From positions 24,676,001 through 24,740,000 of the forward strand of contig OX597821.1 in the NCBI GenBank assembly GCA_951406725.2: DNA of 64,000 nt, in the 5' to 3' direction. Every line of letters starts with the position of its first letter. The stretch's first letter is position 1. The stretch comes from Octopus vulgaris. Its lineage: Eukaryota. The notes below the pieces were generated by a model. That model ran no database searches and was not told the origin of the DNA. It saw nothing but the letters and a program-made list of their open reading frames with translations. A program made the position numbers and the translations under genes. Positions 57,717 through 64,000 of this stretch are shown piece by piece.

Positions 57717-58984
57717 AGCAGATTGTTTGTCAACAGCAACTATCGGTGGTGTATATTTCGTTTGTCACTGTTATTTATGACATATTTCATCTCAGTTACG
57801 TTTGTATGAATAAATGAGTGTATCTGAAGCATGTTTACTTCATGGCACCACCATAATCGTTCGTGCATTTCTACTGATTTTAGCTTTTTTTTCTAAATCT
57901 GCCGGTCAAAAGGTAAAGATCCAAATATATTACTTTGACCATGAAAATTTGTGGAAAAAAGTGAAATGAAAAGATTAACTGAAAAGACTAACCAATAACG
58001 ACAGTACAAATAATACATCTTACTCGTTGTAAACACCAGCAAAAATACAAATGGCTTCTAATTTAGGAACAAGACCAGTAATTTGGAAGGGTGGGGCTAG
58101 TTGCTAATATTGACTCTAGTACTTGACTGGTGATTTATTTTATCGACACCTGAGGGATGAAATGCAAAGTTGGCCTCTGCTATATTTTACATTCTGAGTT
58201 CAAATCCTTTCATCTTTCCCAGGTTGATAAAATAGAAGACCTGTTCAATACTAGAGTTGATGGTACCAAGCTAGCTCCCTCCCCTCAAAGTTCGAATATA
58301 GTATTTTATGAACGTGGAAAATTACATTCATAAGCAGCTTATCTTTGACACGCTCTACATAGAGTGATTCGATTTTTTTTTCTTTTTGCGTATTTGCACA
58401 CAGAATGTCTTGTAATTCATTTAATCTCTCAATTTTCTATGCGATACTATGATAACCATAACAGTTTCGTTTGGCTGCGACTTGAAATTTTTAGTTACTT
58501 TCTTCTAAATTTAATTTAATTTATTTTATTTATTTATTTATTTACAAGTTGTTCTTACTGAAAGTGTACCGTTCTGGTTTTATTTCATCTCCGCCTACTC
58601 GTCACATATATATGTGTTGGGAAGAGGACTTTAGTCTCTGGTTGACTGCCCCGTGTTCATCGATTTTTAAGACTGAGCACGTGACAATCGTTCCAGCCAT
58701 CCTCGGATGCTGTAACAGGTGGTGCAACTAGTGGAGCAGTGGGTCAGCAGCACTCGGTGCCTGCTTTTATCGTTGATGCTGATTTTACTCACTTTTTCTT
58801 TGGTATTGCAGCTTCCTCTGGCTGAGAAACCTCACGTGGCACAAGTATAACAGCTTCACCTGTTTTGTACATCTAATCCCATTGGCCGTATTTTGGGGTT
58901 TTTTTCACTCACGACAGGTCATAAAGATTTGAAAGTCCACGCTGATCAATCCATCTCTGAGCACATGTATATAATTTTATTTTA

Positions 58985-59192
58985 TTTTTTTTATTGACTC
59001 AAAAAGCAAAACCAAGGCCATGTAGGGGGACAGGGAGTTATGTACAGGAAGGAGGGTCATACAAAGAGCTCAGGCCATTTCCGGTCAAGAGAGACTTTGA
59101 ACCGAGCGGTCGTCGGCATTTTCACTATCTCGTCCGGCAGCTTATTCCACGGATCCGCAACCCGGACGGAGAAAGCCCCTCTCCTTCGCCCT
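58985..59192 (-). mobile_element. CR1-clade LINE 3' fragment
   Basis: RRRGAFSVRVADPWNKLPDEIVKMPTTARFKVSLDRKW* (FSxRVxxxWNxLP...FKxxLD), then a short UTR and an A-rich tail. Confidence 0.8.
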
Positions 59193-59659
59193 TTCACTTA
59201 CCAGAGGTCTACTAGTCACTAGCAATGTCACTAGCAGTCATTCTTGTGTTACGTTGACCCATCTATTGTGGTATAATTCAAGAGCGAGGATGAATTTTAC
59301 TATTTCAGCCTACCATTTAGCTTCGTCTTTAGTCTCGAAAAGCAGTCAGACGCTACAGTAAGATTTGCCTCGCTCAATAATCACAATGCTGTCCCTTACA
59401 TCAGTGAGTGGTTTTCTTTTAACCTGTCTTTTAAAGACTTAGAACACAATCTTTTCTTTGCGTTACGTCATCTTTCTCCTTATTCACTTTTAAATGTACT
59501 TTCAGCCGGGTTTCTTCTTGATATATCTCTTTAAACTTTGCTCCTCTTACAGAATTTGTGAGAATACGTTTTACATGAGTCTTTCCGACCTGTGTGTGTA
59601 TATGAATAAAGTTGTTTATTGTTGTTACTATTGTTATCGTTGCTGAACGAGTCATTATT

Positions 59660-60669
59660 ATTGGTTTGAAATTTTGGCACAAAGCCAGCGATTTCGGGGC
59701 GTGGGGTAAGTCGATTACATCAACCCCAGTGCTCAACTGGTACTTTATGACATTTAATCGACCCTGAAAGGATGAAAGGTTAAGTCGACCTCAGCGGAAT
59801 TTGAAATCAGAACTTTACGCGTCTAAAGCTGAGATATTTTTTTAAACATTTATACAAAAGCCATAAATTTGTTTAAAAAAATAAATACTGGATCAAACAT
59901 AACGAATCCAGGTAAAAAAGAATGTCACAGAAAAAGAAGTCTCCGGGGTTTTGTCCGGAGTGGGGGTTGTCCGGAATTTTAACTCAGAACGTTCAGACGG
60001 ACGAAGTGCCGCTAAACATTTTACCAGGCGTGCTTAACGATTTTGTCAGCTCGCCGGATTATATCACTCGTACCAAAAAACAAAAGAATCAAAAATACAT
60101 TTTTTTACCCCTTTTTTTTCTATCTTAAACAAAATTTTTGTTCATCTTTAGGTTCTGTGTTAGTTTTGCTCAAAAGCTAAAGCTATTGTTTGATTTAGAG
60201 AAGTGTCTCACCTGGATTTTTTTGTTGCATATCGGCTTGCGAAGTGTTTAACATCTTTAATTTTAATTTACTTTATTTTAATTATTTATTTGATAAATAT
60301 GACTAAAAAGAAGAGAAACTTCTGAACTTCTTTGTTATAATTCCGCGCGATGTGACATTTAAATGATCATCTAACATTTTTTTGTAATCGACGAAAATGT
60401 AAACCATATACCAGAGCACAAGTAAGCATGAAGCAACAACAATAATATTGATAATAGTTTCAAATTTTGCCACAAGGGCAGCAATTTTGAGGGAGGGGAT
60501 AAGTCGATTACATCGACCCCAGTGTTTCACTGGTATTTAATTTATCGACTCCGAAAGGATGAAAAGTAAAGTCGACCTCGGTAGAACGTTAGGACAGACG
60601 AAATGCTGCCAAGCATTGTGCTTGGCGTGTTAATGATTCTGCCAGTTCGCCGCCTTAATAATAATAATG

Positions 60670-60701
<32 letters not shown>

Positions 60702-61110
60702 TCTTTCTACTATTGGCAAAAAATCTGAAATTTTGAGTGAGAGGACTAGTCGACGCCAGTAGTTGACTGGTATTTATTCCACCAACCCCGAAAGGATGAA
60801 AGACAACGTCGAACTCGACGAAATTTGAATTCTGAGCGCAAAGACAAACAAAATGCCGTTAAGCATTTTGTCCGGCATGCTAGCAATTCTGCCAGCTTGC
60901 CACCTCAAGCAATAGTAATGATAATAATAATAATAAAGGCTTCTGATTTAGACACAAGGCCAACAATTTTAAGAGGTGAAGATTACTTGACTAATACTTT
61001 ATTTTATCGACTCCTAAGCAATGAAAGGTAGAGCTGACTTCAGTGAGAGTGAACTCAAAATCTAAAGAACCGAAACAAAACATTTTTTCCGGTATTCCAA
61101 CGATTCTGCT
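59660..61110 (-). mobile_element. Cluster of about 5 decayed SINE type A copies
   Basis: Reverse-complement type A motifs at about 59660-59812, 59965-60055, 60455-60657, 60700-60905 and 60935-61110. Confidence 0.75.
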
Positions 61111-61422
61111 AACTCAGGTGCAAGGTCTGAAATTTGGGATCGGAGATATTCTAATACATCGCTTCAAATTTTATTTTTTCGACCACAAGTGAATAAAAGA
61201 CGAAGTTGGCATTTGAGACTCAGTACGTGTTACATAACTCTGAAAGCGAAATATTTTTTATGTACAATGAGAGAGCATAAACGCGGGAATAGGGGTTATA
61301 GAACTGTCCCAATTCCCAGGGTTTTTGCGGAGTCTAAATCACCGATATATACCCCCTGGACGGGATTCGTGGCAAGGTTACTCAGTTACAGCCGAGCGGA
61401 CTGTAACAACGTGAAATGAAGT

Positions 61423-61620
61423 ACTATTCTATATTTTTGAGATGAGGAATTATGTACATTATTTGCAATGGCCGGATAGGTGTCCTCCTTTTGTTGTTAC
61501 CACAAGGTTTCGGTTGATGTACTCTCCAGAACACTTGATGAAAGCTGGAGAGTACATCAGCCGAAACATTGTGGTAACAACAACCACGGTGAAGACACCT
61601 ATCCGTCCATTGTAAATAAT
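61423..61620. mobile_element. Fold-back element with hammerhead-like core and 12 bp TSD, inserted in a D-type SINE (family H7)
   Basis: GTGAAATGAAGT at 61411-61422 and 61621-61632. Arms span 61456-61622. TTGATGA-AA-GCTG...CAGC-C-GAAAC at 61535-61567. Confidence 0.8.
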
Positions 61621-63276
61621 GTGAAATGAAGTGTTTTGCTCCTGAACAAAGCGCATCGCCCGGTTCCAGAATCGAAACCGCAATCTTGTGATCGTATGCG
61701 TGCAACACACTTAATCACTACTCAACGCACTTTTACACAAGATGTCATAAGTTATCCATTTAAGTATTGCTTAATCAGTTATTTTAATATTTTGTAAATC
61801 ATCTACTTAAAGATGTGCTTTTTGTCATTCTTTACCCATGAGGTATCCAGGTTCAAACGTAACAGAACCCATTTCTTCACAGAGACATTGATGTACCTCA
61901 TTTGTTTAACCCTTTGCCTGTGCTGTGCATCACATGTAATACACAGGAAATATTTCCCAAGTGTTCATGCATCGCATATGATACACATTCACAATTTTTT
62001 TTTCAAACACCAGAGTAACTCGGGACTTATTACACACAACGTATGAAACAATGGATAAAACAAACACGGACGTTTAAAACAAACTTATGAAAATGCTCTG
62101 GAGAAGCTAAAAGTTACATTTTGTACTGTTTTAACTTAATCTTTTTATTTGATTATTTTTGTTGAGAATTTGCTTGTTATTAAGTTACCTTAGTCTACCA
62201 ATTAGCTTTCTGTCTCTCAAGTGTGGAGGGTGATTTCTCCAAATATTTCAATGTTTTACGAATTCTTATAATAACATGGTTTATGGCATAAAGAAGTCTT
62301 TCATCTAAAATCTCACAAAGACTGAAATGTTTCTGATGTAAGGTGCTGAAATGTTCACGTGTTTCTCTAATAACATTTACCGCATAAATGAAATGAAATA
62401 GCTCCAGCTAGAAATTAAAACCGCCTTTTTGAGGATTTGTTTAGCTCAGAAATGATTTCTTCCTTGAATATTATTTTTCACAAAATTGACAAAGCAGAAG
62501 ACCTGGTTTTTTAAGAAAAGTAAATCAATCAATTGCAGTGATACTCGTGTCTTCCTCACGTACATTGCTGGCGTAAGTAAAAGAAACATAGTTTCGAAAG
62601 AGTATCTAAATTGTATCATAAACTCACCAGACAGCAACAGACCGTAGGAAGTGACTGTTAGCACCTAATTAATTTATTTAAAATAACTTGCTTCACTTAA
62701 GAATATGATATCACGCTTGAATAAGACGCAGATAATCAATATAAAACTATGAAAATATAGTAATTTTATAGTTGGTATTTCTGTGTGTGTGTGTGTGTGT
62801 ATGTGTGTGTGTGATAGATCCGAGTTTCATACAAATTTATAATACAAACAGACGCATGTTTTATATTTTACAACTGTATATCTATATGGTGGAATAATAC
62901 TAGGGAAAAACTTAAAAGTCAAAGTTTTATGATGTACCTAAATATAATTGATGCAATCGGATTCCACGTGATATAGTATTTTAAAATTATGCAGTTAGTT
63001 ATAGAAAATGAAACAATTATATTGCATATTAAGATGATAAAATCCTCATTTATACTATATTACAATTGTGTTTTCTATAATATTAAATATCATACAATAA
63101 TTATCATTATATTTATAAATTACACAATTATTTTTATAATACATGCAATCGTACATTATTGAAACGATGAATTATGCTATATGCAATAACTATATATATG
63201 GATTTTACATGTACAAAATATTATATACTTATATTTATAAATTGTGTAATTGCTTTAATAATATGATCCAATTATT

Positions 63277-63498
63277 TTAGTCCTTTTTACCAGCCCGTTT
63301 GAGATTGCCCTTGATTCTATGGTACACACTTTATTTTTAAGTCATCTAAATAAAACCTTCGGTCAAAACTTCATAATTTATGTTACTAACATCAGCTTAA
63401 TAATGGCAAAATTATTTTACTAAATTATTCATTATTTTGAAAATTAATTGACATAGCAGGTGTGTACTTCGGCAGAAGTAGATTAACAAAAGGATTTA
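63277..63498. mobile_element. Probable decayed piggyBac-type MITE
   Basis: Ends TTAG-TCCTTTT and AAAAGGA-TTTA resemble degraded TTAA-CCCTTTT termini. The family assignment is from recall only. Confidence 0.35.
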
Positions 63499-63810
63499 GA
63501 ATATAAGAAACTCACCAATTTAGTTTTCAAACGTTAATCCCAAATCCTCTGAATATGTTTCCAGTGTTCTTTAAGTTCCTCTTTGTAATAATATTATCCT
63601 GACTAACCTTCCGCTTAGTTAAGAAGACCTTTGTCTTCTGACAGCAAACACTAAAATTGAGACAGTTATAAACAGCAATTCCGTTTACAAGAGAAACTCT
63701 TGAAGTTGTATTTGTCATTTGGGACTCTTTTCCGTCACTCACCTTAAATTAACAATTTTCCAATTTTCATTGGCGGCTGGAGTATGTATATATATATATA
63801 TATATATATA

Positions 63811-63854
<44 letters not shown>

Positions 63855-64000
63855 CAAACAAATACCGGAGTACTCAGTGCATGTTGTAGAGTATACGGTT
63901 TATTTAAACTGAATATATATATCTCGGGACGTCAGTTTCACGCTACTGTAAACTTATGTGTGTATGTGTTTATATATATATATATATATATATATAGTGT

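Overview
Repeat-dominated eukaryotic (animal) DNA. The SINE set and the very high (TA)n/(CA)n/(TATG)n/(AAT)n load look like an Octopus-type cephalopod genome; this comes from my recall of such repeats, not a database search. I see no intact protein-coding gene, and almost every ORF in the supplied track is translated microsatellite. Recognisable elements: four modular tRNA-derived SINE types in about 40 copies; decayed LINEs (Tx1/L1 clade, including a ~4.3 kb copy at 52.8-57.1 kb, plus Dong/R4, CR1 and an RTE-like tail); three Tc1/mariner remnants and two MITEs; three non-autonomous Helitrons; and a ~550 bp element found three times inside (AAT)n. The main unannotated signal is a set of about 12 type I hammerhead-ribozyme motifs from about 7 sequence families. 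Several have canonical cores, and many sit in fold-back or inverted-repeat elements, consistent with Penelope-like pseudo-LTR remnants. One is a 1.8 kb non-coding element with identical 221 bp inverted arms, each carrying a complete hammerhead. Weak minus-strand splice signals near 58.8 and 61.8-63.8 kb may be exons of a host transcript.
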